Shown here: positions 26,797-34,026 of the stretch, piece after piece | Layout of the letters: each line of letters starts with the position of its first letter | Position numbering within the stretch: the first letter of the stretch is position 1 | Origin: a virus | Lineage: Duplodnaviria > Caudoviricetes | Strand: one strand, 5' to 3' | DNA length: 34,026 nucleotides | Virus record (IMG/VR): IMGVR_UViG_3300027212_000019 | Span: 1-34,026 of that record | Translations under genes and position numbers: made by a program | Notes under the pieces: generated by a model | Told to the model about the DNA's origin: nothing | What the model saw: the letters and a program-made list of their open reading frames with translations, nothing else | Databases searched by the model: none

Positions 26797-26864
26797 AAAT
26801 AAATCTGGACAGCATACAAAAGTGTATGGTATGCTGTCCCCGCCGGACGGCACTGAACCAAAAC
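26797..26864 (+). promoter_or_regulatory. Repeated promoter/operator element, copy P2
   Basis: aaataaatcTGGACAgCATACaaaagtGTATGgTATGCT...cccgccggacggcactgaaccaaaac. Confidence 0.75.
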
Positions 26865-26878
26865 AAACATACAGAACC

Positions 26879-27223
26879 ATGAAAAAAATAAAAGTTACAA
26901 TCAAACAAGTCACACCTGTCACCACTGAACAAATCGACTTTGGCATCCTTGACAACAAGGGCAGATCAATTGGTCTGCATATTGCCATCTCAACAGCAGA
27001 ATTCACAGTGGCACCAGAAGATGCAAAAAGTTATTATTGGAAAACAGAAGAACAAATTGGTGTGTGGTTCAAAGTGACAATGACCTGCACCAGAGATGGC
27101 AACTGGTTTGGTGCGAGTCAATACCCAGAATACCACCGCACAGTTGGTGAATTACAAAATGCAATTGACAAGCGCAAAAAATCAACTTTTGCACGATACA
27201 CAAAACAATTTGCCAAAGTGTAA
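26879..27223 (+). CDS. Hypothetical protein (moron-like, own promoter and terminator)
   Basis: Likely start MKKIKV at 26879; lies between P2 and T2. Confidence 0.7.
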   Translation: MKKIKVTIKQVTPVTTEQIDFGILDNKGRSIGLHIAISTAEFTVAPEDAKSYYWKTEEQIGVWFKVTMTCTRDGNWFGASQYPEYHRTVGELQNAIDKRKKSTFARYTKQFAKV

Positions 27224-27241
27224 GCACACACACACACCAGC

Positions 27242-27278
27242 ATCACCTCACCCATTGAATTGGGTGGGGTTTTCTGGG
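27242..27278 (+). terminator. Repeated terminator, copy T2
   Basis: Identical 37 bp to 24494-24530. Confidence 0.75.
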
Positions 27279-27335
27279 CGAAAGATGGCACCCTGTCATC
27301 TGGTCAAATTAACCAAAATTAAACATACCAAACAT

Positions 27336-27956
27336 ATGCAAGTCAAAATCAAAAATGTCAGATTGTCCTTTAGCAATCTCCGCAAGCCATACACCCCAAA
27401 AACTGGCGATCCCAAATTCACCTTCACTGGCATCTGCAGCGCAGACAGCACTGTGGAGGCAACTATCGATGAGAAGAAAGTCACAGTGCCAAGCACAGAC
27501 TTTGAGAAGGTCATTCTTGCTGCCATCTGCAAAGACAAATGGGGAAAAACACCAGCAAAGTTGGAGATGTATGCTTACAGCAAAGCAGACCAGCAAGTTG
27601 GCAGTCGTGGTCCTAAGGTCAACGAGGATGGTGATTACTACGAGGGATATGATGCCAGCACCATGTTCTTCTCTGCTGGCACCAAGGTGGCAGATGCACC
27701 TAATGGGATCCTCATTGTGGATCAGAAGCGTCAACCACTGCCAGCGTCCTCTGGGATGCCAAACAATGGTGATTACGTCAACGCGATCCTGAACATCTTT
27801 GCCTATGAATACGAGGGCAAGAAGGGCATCAGCGCATCGATTGAGGCAATCCAATATCTCCGCAAAGGTGAGTCCTTTGGCACTGCCAAGGTCACAGTGG
27901 ATGCCTTTGAGGATGAGGATATGGAAGAAGAGGAAACCGAAGTTGAAAACTTCTAA
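27336..27956 (+). CDS. DUF2815 ssDNA-binding protein (T7 gp2.5-like)
   Basis: NVRLSF, GDYVNA, KKGISASIEAIQY..KGESFG and acidic tail ending in F; start at 27336. Confidence 0.88.
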   Translation: MQVKIKNVRLSFSNLRKPYTPKTGDPKFTFTGICSADSTVEATIDEKKVTVPSTDFEKVILAAICKDKWGKTPAKLEMYAYSKADQQVGSRGPKVNEDGDYYEGYDASTMFFSAGTKVADAPNGILIVDQKRQPLPASSGMPNNGDYVNAILNIFAYEYEGKKGISASIEAIQYLRKGESFGTAKVTVDAFEDEDMEEEETEVENF

Positions 27957-27967
27957 TCATTGAAATT

Positions 27968-28156
27968 ATGTCCACAGAATCGAAAATCAAAGAATACGTC
28001 AAAGCAATCCATCACCTTGTTCAAAACGACAACGATGGCAACAGGATCCTGAATGAACAATTGGGGATTTACAACCTCGCCCAGCAGGGCAAAGTTGAGG
28101 CACTCCAGTCCGAGGTCGAGGCACTACAGTCCGAGATCCTCCTGTCTAAATCATAA
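27968..28156 (+). CDS. Small coiled-coil protein
   Basis: 62 aa; VEALQSE twice, from a 21-bp tandem repeat at 28094-28135. Confidence 0.55.
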   Translation: MSTESKIKEYVKAIHHLVQNDNDGNRILNEQLGIYNLAQQGKVEALQSEVEALQSEILLSKS

Positions 28157-28171
28157 CACACCACCGGCTCC

Positions 28172-30364
28172 ATGCTCACCACACCAGACACCTATCATCT
28201 AGACTATGAGACATTCTCACCAGAAAGTCTCAAGGATGTAGGTGCATTCAAATATGCAGCACATTTTGATGCTGAGATCCTCGTCATGGCGATTGCCAAA
28301 AATGATGAGGCATCACTGGTGTGGTCAGTCATGGACAACAACACCGATGCACTGGCACTGCTCAGACAGGCAGTGCAGAGTGGTGCAGAGATCTGGTCAC
28401 ACAATGCACAATTTGAGTTTGCCATCAGCAAACACTTGTTTGCCAAGACCTTTGGCATTGATCCACCGGCACTGACTCAGTGGAGATGCACAGCAGCACT
28501 GTGCCGTCTGGCAGCAATCCCATCATCACTTGCTGGTGCTGGTGAGTTTCTTCAGATCCCCATGCCCAAAGACAAAGATGGCACCAAATTGATCCAGCAG
28601 TTCTGTGTCCCACGCAAACCCACTAAGAGTGATTCTCGCACACGGATCTATCCAGCAGACGCACCACTCGACTTCCAGATCTTTGTTGAATACTGCCGCC
28701 GCGATGTCGAGGCAGAGAGATTGGTGCATCATGCACTGGTCAGTCTGACAAAGCAGTCACACCCTACTGCTGCACACTTTCACGCAGATCTCAGAATGAA
28801 TGACCGAGGCATCCCACTCAAGATCAATGCACTGCATCATGCAGAGAGTCTGATTGGTGAATACACCAGCAGACTGATCCCAATTTTCCAATCACAGACG
28901 GCACACCCCACCGAGATGATCACACTCCCGGTGACCAAGATGAGAAAAGCACCAAAGCAAGTCAGCATCACCGAGGGATTCAACCCATCACAAAATGAGA
29001 TGATGCAGTGCTGGCTAAAGGGCAAAGGATTCACTGGTCAGGATCTGCAAGCAGACACAGTGAGCGCATGGTTGACCTCGCCACTGGTGGACCTACTCAC
29101 ACCAAAGGCAGTGGCAGCACTGACCACCTACTCACTGATCGGGTCAGCAGCAGTTAAGAAGATCCCCGCCATGCTCCAGATGGCTGAGACAGACGGCAGG
29201 GTCCGAGGTGCGCTGTTGATCTACGGTGCCGAGAGAACACACCGGTGGACCGGCAAAGGCATACAGCCGCAGAACTACGCCAGACCCACGATAGCATTCT
29301 CAGATCTGGCATATGCTTGTGTGTGTGCCGGTGCCAACATTGATGTGTTGGAGTCACTCTTTGGTGACCTCTTTCAAGTGATGATCTCTGTGATCCGTAA
29401 CTTTATCCAACCCACCACCGGCATGATCCTCCAAGCAGACTATGCTGCGATTGAAGCAAGAGTAGCACCATGGTTGGTGGGGGAAGAAAAGACCTTGCAG
29501 AAGTTCAGAAACAATGAATTGATATATGAGATCATGGCATCTCTGATCTTTGGCAAACCTGTCAACAAGATCACCAAAGATGAACGGTTCATTGGCAAAC
29601 AGGCAGTGCTTGGTTGCTCATACAACATGGGCAGACCTAAGTTCAGAGCAACCTGTGAGTCTTATGGGTTCACACCAACACCACAGATGATTGCTGAGTA
29701 TAAACCCCGCCATGCAGACTTCATCGATGGCAAGGATCTCAAGGAGATGGGATGGACCACACAGGATCCACAGACCGAGGCAGAGTGGTCAAACTACTGT
29801 TTTGACGATCTTGCAGACCGTGCAGTGAGCAGTTGGAGAAAAGAGAACCCTGTGGTGGTGGCATCATGGAAGCAACTCGACGATGCTGCCAAGGCAGCAA
29901 TCAAGTCACCCAACACAAAGCACAAGGTTGGCAAGCTGATCTTATCGTGCAGCACCATTGCCAACTACACTGCACTGTGCATCAAGTTGCCATCTGGTCA
30001 TCATCTGATTTACCCCAAAGCAGAGGTGGTCACAAGCAGTGCCAAGTTCTGGACCTCACAGATCCGCTTCTGGGGGATCATCCCCAACAGTGGTGGCACA
30101 TGGGGATGGTGCCACACTTACGGTGGCAAGTTGCTGGAGAATGCCACACAAGCGTGTGCCGGTGACATCATGCGAGAAGGTATGCTGGCAGCAGAGAGTG
30201 CTGGGTATCAACCATTCATGCTCGTCCATGATGAGATCCTCTGCACACAGCAAGAAGGACAGACTCACGAAGAACTCTGTCAACTACTCTGCACCATGCC
30301 AGCATGGGCAAATGGTCTGCCACTGGCAGCAGAAGGATCAACAATTCAACACTACAAAAAATGA
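28172..30364 (+). CDS. polA: DNA polymerase family A with 3'-5' exonuclease domain
   Basis: LDYET and HNAQFE exo motifs, YCRRDV; motif A ADYAAIEAR, motif B RFIGKQAVLGCSY, motif C VHDE. Confidence 0.95.
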   Translation: MLTTPDTYHLDYETFSPESLKDVGAFKYAAHFDAEILVMAIAKNDEASLVWSVMDNNTDALALLRQAVQSGAEIWSHNAQFEFAISKHLFAKTFGIDPPALTQWRCTAALCRLAAIPSSLAGAGEFLQIPMPKDKDGTKLIQQFCVPRKPTKSDSRTRIYPADAPLDFQIFVEYCRRDVEAERLVHHALVSLTKQSHPTAAHFHADLRMNDRGIPLKINALHHAESLIGEYTSRLIPIFQSQTAHPTEMITLPVTKMRKAPKQVSITEGFNPSQNEMMQCWLKGKGFTGQDLQADTVSAWLTSPLVDLLTPKAVAALTTYSLIGSAAVKKIPAMLQMAETDGRVRGALLIYGAERTHRWTGKGIQPQNYARPTIAFSDLAYACVCAGANIDVLESLFGDLFQVMISVIRNFIQPTTGMILQADYAAIEARVAPWLVGEEKTLQKFRNNELIYEIMASLIFGKPVNKITKDERFIGKQAVLGCSYNMGRPKFRATCESYGFTPTPQMIAEYKPRHADFIDGKDLKEMGWTTQDPQTEAEWSNYCFDDLADRAVSSWRKENPVVVASWKQLDDAAKAAIKSPNTKHKVGKLILSCSTIANYTALCIKLPSGHHLIYPKAEVVTSSAKFWTSQIRFWGIIPNSGGTWGWCHTYGGKLLENATQACAGDIMREGMLAAESAGYQPFMLVHDEILCTQQEGQTHEELCQLLCTMPAWANGLPLAAEGSTIQHYKK

Positions 30365-30525
30365 CACCAAACCAACGCAAAATTGAGGATATGATCCTTT
30401 CAGCAATCCAGCATCTTGAGGAGGCAGTTGAGTGCAATGATGAGTCTGACAAAGAGGCACTCATCGATGAACTCAACAATGCACTCAAACAGATCCAAGA
30501 AACCATCGAACACATCAACCAATGA
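30361..30525 (+). CDS. Small hypothetical protein
   Basis: MTPNQRK...; ATGA overlaps at both ends. Confidence 0.55.
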   Translation: MTPNQRKIEDMILSAIQHLEEAVECNDESDKEALIDELNNALKQIQETIEHINQ

Positions 30526-30836
30526 ACACACTGCCCAAGAATAAAAACATCTTCACTGGTGTGCGCTCAGTGAGTGCAGCATCTGCCCAGAAGTTGCACA
30601 ATGCTGGGTTGCTCAATCACTCCGGCATAGTGGTGGCATGGTCATCACTCAACCCATTTTTGCGTGATGAGATGCTCAGTGAAACAGAAGCAAAGCAACT
30701 GATCTTGTTGGAATTATTCAGAACAGATGCAGCACCCAGAGTGGACACCATCAACAGGTTGCTGAACTACATGACCGGCATTGACAAGAGAGAACTGAAG
30801 CACAAGATCCTTTACCACACTAGCATTGAGTTATGA
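30522..30836 (+). CDS. Hypothetical protein
   Basis: 104 aa; ATGA overlaps at both ends. Confidence 0.6.
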   Translation: MNTLPKNKNIFTGVRSVSAASAQKLHNAGLLNHSGIVVAWSSLNPFLRDEMLSETEAKQLILLELFRTDAAPRVDTINRLLNYMTGIDKRELKHKILYHTSIEL

Positions 30837-31165
30837 CCGAGGCAGCACTAGAAAAGAAGATTGTGCAGTTTGCCAAATCACTTGGCATCTACACCAGAAA
30901 ATTCACATCACCCGGACACCGAGCAGTGCCAGACAGGATCTTTGTCTCTGGTGGCATTGTGCTATTCTTGGAGATCAAGACAGCAGGGAAAAAACCCACA
31001 CAGGCACAACTGCATGAGATGGCACTCATCACCTCTGTTGGTGGTCTGGTGGGATGGGTGGACAACTTCACCGATGCCACAGCATTTCTCTTCTCCCTAC
31101 GCTACAAACTCACCGCAGATCTTAAAAGGAGATGCAAAAACCAACAACCAGAAGAAACACAATGA
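30833..31165 (+). CDS. VRR-NUC nuclease
   Basis: EAALEKKI, KFTSPG...VPDRI, FLEIK..GKKPT..Q. Confidence 0.92.
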   Translation: MTEAALEKKIVQFAKSLGIYTRKFTSPGHRAVPDRIFVSGGIVLFLEIKTAGKKPTQAQLHEMALITSVGGLVGWVDNFTDATAFLFSLRYKLTADLKRRCKNQQPEETQ

Positions 31166-31350
31166 AACACAGAACCACCGACAGATCCGCTGGCATACTC
31201 GCAGCGATTGACTACCTCCAGCACAGCACCAATCACTCACCTGTGAAAATGCTGCTGGCACACTTGGTCAGAATGCCAAAAGAGGTGATGGTCAAAATGT
31301 GCCGCACACCCTTTGGCACCTTGCCACCTCTCGACATCTCAAGACTGTGA
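31162..31350 (+). CDS. Small hypothetical protein
   Basis: MKHRTT...; overlaps stop/start of both neighbours. Confidence 0.5.
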   Translation: MKHRTTDRSAGILAAIDYLQHSTNHSPVKMLLAHLVRMPKEVMVKMCRTPFGTLPPLDISRL

Positions 31351-32780
31351 TCTTTACACCCAAACCATACCAGCAGACCGGCATTGACCATCTGGGTGAT
31401 CACCCGATTGGTGCATTGTTTGCTGGCATGGGTCTGGGCAAAACTGCCATGGTGCTGGCAAGACTCTCACAGGATATCGCAGATGGATCTTGCAAGGGTG
31501 CCTTGGTGATCGCGCCACTGCGTGTGTCACTGTTCACATGGTTGGATGAGGTTGCCAAGTGGCATAACTTCTCATGGATGAGAACAGTGTCACTCAGGAC
31601 ACCAGAGGGCATGGCAGCATGGTCCAGAGGTGATGCTTGCATCTACACGCTCAACTATGAGAGTCTATACATCCCCAGAACTGCCAGAGATGGCACTACA
31701 GTTGATCATGGCATCATCAGAAAGATCCTGCACGGCAAACATCCAGATGATCTGCCGGTGGACACCATAGTCTGGGATGAACTCAGCAAAGCAAAAGATC
31801 CAAAGTCAAAGAGGATCCAGTTTTTCCGCAAATACAGAAGCAAGTTCAAACGTCACTGGGGATTGACCGGCACACCCATCCCCAACAGTCACCAAGATCT
31901 CTTTGCCCAGATCAGACTGCTGGATGATGGTGCAATGTTTGGCAAGCACATGGGAAATTTTAAGCAACAATACCTTGAGCCGATTGATTTCCATGAACGT
32001 CAGTGGAGGGTCAGACCAGAGTGTGATGGCATGATTGAGGAGAAGCTGCTGTCGTATGTGCTGACCCTGAGATCCGAGGATCACCTCGACATCCCCCCGG
32101 TGACTGTGGAGGACATCTCTGTGTCATTGCCACCAGCAGTGAGGGTGAAGTATAAGAAGCTGGAGAAAGAACTGATTGTGACCTTGGCAGATGCACAGGT
32201 CACTGCTGTCAACAAAGGTGTGCTGGTTGGCAAGCTCCAGCAGATGCTCAGTGGTGCCGTCTATGCTGACTCACTCGCCAACATCTACAACATTGGTGCC
32301 GGTGAGGTCAAGACAGTGACACAGGTGCATGATGCCAAGATCAAAGCACTGCACAAACTGGTGGACCGTGAGAATGCACCCATGTTGGTGGTGATCCGAT
32401 ACATCCATGAACGTGAGCGGATCCTTGCAGCATTTCCTCAGGCGAAAGCATTTCATTCTGATCTGCTGGGTGATTGGAACAGTGGCAAGATCCCCATGCT
32501 AGTGGCACACCCACTGTCCATCAGTCATGGGTTGAATATGCAGAGTGGTGGCAGCAGAATAGTCTGGGTCACCCTGCCATTCTCCACCGAAGAATACAAT
32601 CAGACCAATGCCAGACTAGCCAGAACTGGACAGAAGCACCCTACGCAGATCTTCCGGCTGCTGGTGGACGGCACACTGGATGATGTGGTGGTGTCAGTGC
32701 TGGAGTCACGCAACAGCACACAGGACAATTTTCTTGGTGTTCTCAGCCGCAATCTCAAGATCCTCAACTCAATCACCTAG
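31347..32780 (+). CDS. SNF2-family helicase
   Basis: PYQ, GMGLGKT, WDELS, LTGTP, HGLNMQ and QTNARLARTGQ; likely GTG start at 31347. Confidence 0.92.
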   Translation: MIFTPKPYQQTGIDHLGDHPIGALFAGMGLGKTAMVLARLSQDIADGSCKGALVIAPLRVSLFTWLDEVAKWHNFSWMRTVSLRTPEGMAAWSRGDACIYTLNYESLYIPRTARDGTTVDHGIIRKILHGKHPDDLPVDTIVWDELSKAKDPKSKRIQFFRKYRSKFKRHWGLTGTPIPNSHQDLFAQIRLLDDGAMFGKHMGNFKQQYLEPIDFHERQWRVRPECDGMIEEKLLSYVLTLRSEDHLDIPPVTVEDISVSLPPAVRVKYKKLEKELIVTLADAQVTAVNKGVLVGKLQQMLSGAVYADSLANIYNIGAGEVKTVTQVHDAKIKALHKLVDRENAPMLVVIRYIHERERILAAFPQAKAFHSDLLGDWNSGKIPMLVAHPLSISHGLNMQSGGSRIVWVTLPFSTEEYNQTNARLARTGQKHPTQIFRLLVDGTLDDVVVSVLESRNSTQDNFLGVLSRNLKILNSIT

Positions 32781-33274
32781 ACTGTGAATGTGACCCAATC
32801 CCTGACCTGTGAGATGTGCCGTCTCTGTTTGACCACACCACCACCATCTCTGGCATTGGCAAGACTTGAGTTTCCTTCCACAGAATAAAAATACCCATTT
32901 TTGTCTGGTTTGCTGATGGCAATGCCACAGTGTGAGACTGTCTTGAGTGAGAAGATCCCCACCGGTTCACCAGTGTGTGACCGTCTGGTCTTGGTGCTGC
33001 TGTCCTGTTTGAGGGACCACTCATCAAATCCATAAGCAAGTGGTGTGATGGGTCTGTTGAATGTGACCTTGGTGCCATGCTCCTTCTCCCACAGCACAAT
33101 TGCCTGTTGCACACACCAGCAGATGTATGCGGCACACCAATACCAACCAGTGCCACCCAACGATGTGCTGTCTTGGTATTGCTGCACCCTTTTGCCAGTG
33201 TTCGATGATCCAATCTCCTTCACTCCAATCTCAGCAATTGCCACTGCTGAGAGATGTTCTGAGAGTGTTTTCAT
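32777..33274 (-). CDS. CHAP-family endolysin (lysis cassette B)
   Basis: EIGVKE, WCAAY, SHCGI and VEGN motifs. Confidence 0.88.
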   Translation of the reverse strand: MKTLSEHLSAVAIAEIGVKEIGSSNTGKRVQQYQDSTSLGGTGWYWCAAYICWCVQQAIVLWEKEHGTKVTFNRPITPLAYGFDEWSLKQDSSTKTRRSHTGEPVGIFSLKTVSHCGIAISKPDKNGYFYSVEGNSSLANARDGGGVVKQRRHISQVRDWVTFTV

Positions 33275-33420
33275 TTGTTGTTGAGGATCTCAATGGCAGT
33301 GTTGGCATCAACACCATATGTGCGTGTGCCATCTGGTGAGACAGAGAGTGTGCATGATGACCAGCACAGCACACTGAGCGCACAGATGAGGAAGTAGAGA
33401 AGTGAGTATGTTTTTTTCAT
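33271..33420 (-). CDS. Small lipoprotein, possible spanin component (cassette B)
   Basis: Manual translation MKKTYSLLYFLICALSVLCWSSCTLSVSPDGTRTYGVDANTAIEILNNK; SSC lipobox-like; ATGA overlap with the endolysin. Confidence 0.65.
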   Translation of the reverse strand: MKKTYSLLYFLICALSVLCWSSCTLSVSPDGTRTYGVDANTAIEILNNK

Positions 33421-33432
33421 GACGTTCTGTGG

Positions 33433-33609
33433 TTAAATTCCCGTGCCAGTGATGCCAGCATCCTTGGACACATACCCAAAGACTGCTACCAAGACTGGCA
33501 GAGCGTAGAGTTTCCAGTCAGCTAAGTCCCCACCACTTTGGATGTAGATGGTGATTGCAGTGAGTGCCGCGCCAATCGCGCCCAGTAATGTTGTTTTCCA
33601 GTTCTTCAT
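33433..33609 (-). CDS. Holin-like protein
   Basis: Manual translation MKNWKTTLLGAIGAALTAITIYI...LYALPVLVAVFGYVSKDAGITGTGI; two TM segments. Confidence 0.7.
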   Translation of the reverse strand: MKNWKTTLLGAIGAALTAITIYIQSGGDLADWKLYALPVLVAVFGYVSKDAGITGTGI

Positions 33610-33613
33610 ATTT

Positions 33614-33712
33614 TTAATCTGTGAAATTTGCCTTAAATATGTTCCATACTACGACAAGTGCGAAAAGCGTTGCTGTGGCTTTTATGATTGTCATGTAGTC
33701 ATCAGTATTCAT
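33614..33712 (-). CDS. 32-aa single-TM protein
   Basis: MNTDDYMTIIKATATLFALVVVWNIFKANFTD; ATGA overlap; fills the gap between lysis genes. Confidence 0.45.
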   Translation of the reverse strand: MNTDDYMTIIKATATLFALVVVWNIFKANFTD

Positions 33713-33891
33713 TTCTTTTTCCGTAAAAGATTGCAGAGGGTGACAATGGAAACGCAAATCAGAAGTATTGTCGAAGATGTTTTCAAAGCCCAGTCTAGTT
33801 GTTCTTGGAACTGAGTAATGACACCCAAGGAGGATGCGGCAATGCCGATAAGACCGTTCACTATGTTATATGTTGCGCTGTGTTCGTGCAT
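33709..33891 (-). CDS. Small two-TM membrane protein (holin/antiholin-like)
   Basis: 60 aa, two hydrophobic segments, RKKK tail; TAATG overlap. Confidence 0.55.
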   Translation of the reverse strand: MHEHSATYNIVNGLIGIAASSLGVITQFQEQLDWALKTSSTILLICVSIVTLCNLLRKKK

Positions 33892-34026
33892 TATTCTATG
33901 ATTTCCAATACTGGTTCTGGTGCTGGTGCGGTGTAAACAAATTTACCATCCGCAAATTTATAGCCAGTTGGCATTGTTACGATCACGCGACTGATAATGT
34001 CGGTCTTTTCAAGCTGAGAATTAACC
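33891..34026 (-). CDS. 3' end of the 1205-1549 gene with an alternative C-terminus (partial)
   Basis: ...GKFVYTAP is followed by APEPVLEIIE* instead of IVESFTPIENEV*. Confidence 0.75.
   Translation of the reverse strand, partial: VNSQLEKTDIISRVIVTMPTGYKFADGKFVYTAPAPEPVLEIIE
33928..34026. repeat. 99-bp exact direct repeat, copy 2 (window end)
   Basis: Identical to 1248-1346. Confidence 0.97.

Larger units (their letters stand above)
1248..33927. mobile_element. Near-complete tailed phage genome (Mu-like head, non-contractile-type tail, PolA/SNF2 replication module); circularises via a 99-bp overlap
   Basis: Complete packaging, head, tail, lysis and replication gene set; 33928-34026 is identical to 1248-1346. 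Confidence 0.93.

Noticed and set aside
33928-34026. 99-bp repeat as a biological terminal repeat or attL/attR
   Set aside because: It lies mid-gene, its partner is internal, its length matches a common assembly k-mer, and there is no integrase or host DNA.
1-34026. Stop-codon reassignment
   Set aside because: Core genes are full length in the standard code, and TAA, TAG and TGA all end genes at tight junctions.

Overview
The window is an essentially complete ~33 kb tailed-phage genome (probably siphovirus-like) in two divergent arms. The minus-strand arm (~20.2 kb to 1) holds a wHTH regulator, a MuF head protein with a C-terminal HExxH metallopeptidase, both terminase subunits, a Mu gp29-type portal, a Mu I-type protease/scaffold, major capsid and cement, neck, tail tube, tape measure, tail tip, a GT-A glycosyltransferase-like gene, tail fibre and lysis genes. 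The plus-strand arm (21.0-32.8 kb) holds a primase-SF3 helicase, a DUF2800 Cas4-like nuclease, a DUF2815 ssDNA-binding protein, a family A DNA polymerase (Leu762 type), VRR-NUC and an SNF2 helicase. An iteron-rich inverted-repeat region, probably the origin, separates the arms. I saw no integrase, transposase, tRNA or CRISPR. The last 99 bp exactly match internal positions 1248-1346, so the sequence closes into a ~32.7 kb circle and 1-1247 is a second, alternative lysis cassette. The most unusual signals are: (1) a degenerate integron-type gene cassette with an inverted-orientation attC-like hairpin (26562-26780) in a phage without an integrase; (2) two accessory units bracketed by the same promoter/operator/hairpin repeat and the same 37-bp terminator; (3) a portal apparently split into two ORFs, each ending in a copy of the same uncharacterised WGGDAG domain; (4) strong GGCC/CCWGG avoidance in the core with CpG-rich islands. 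All family assignments come from motif recognition, not database searches.
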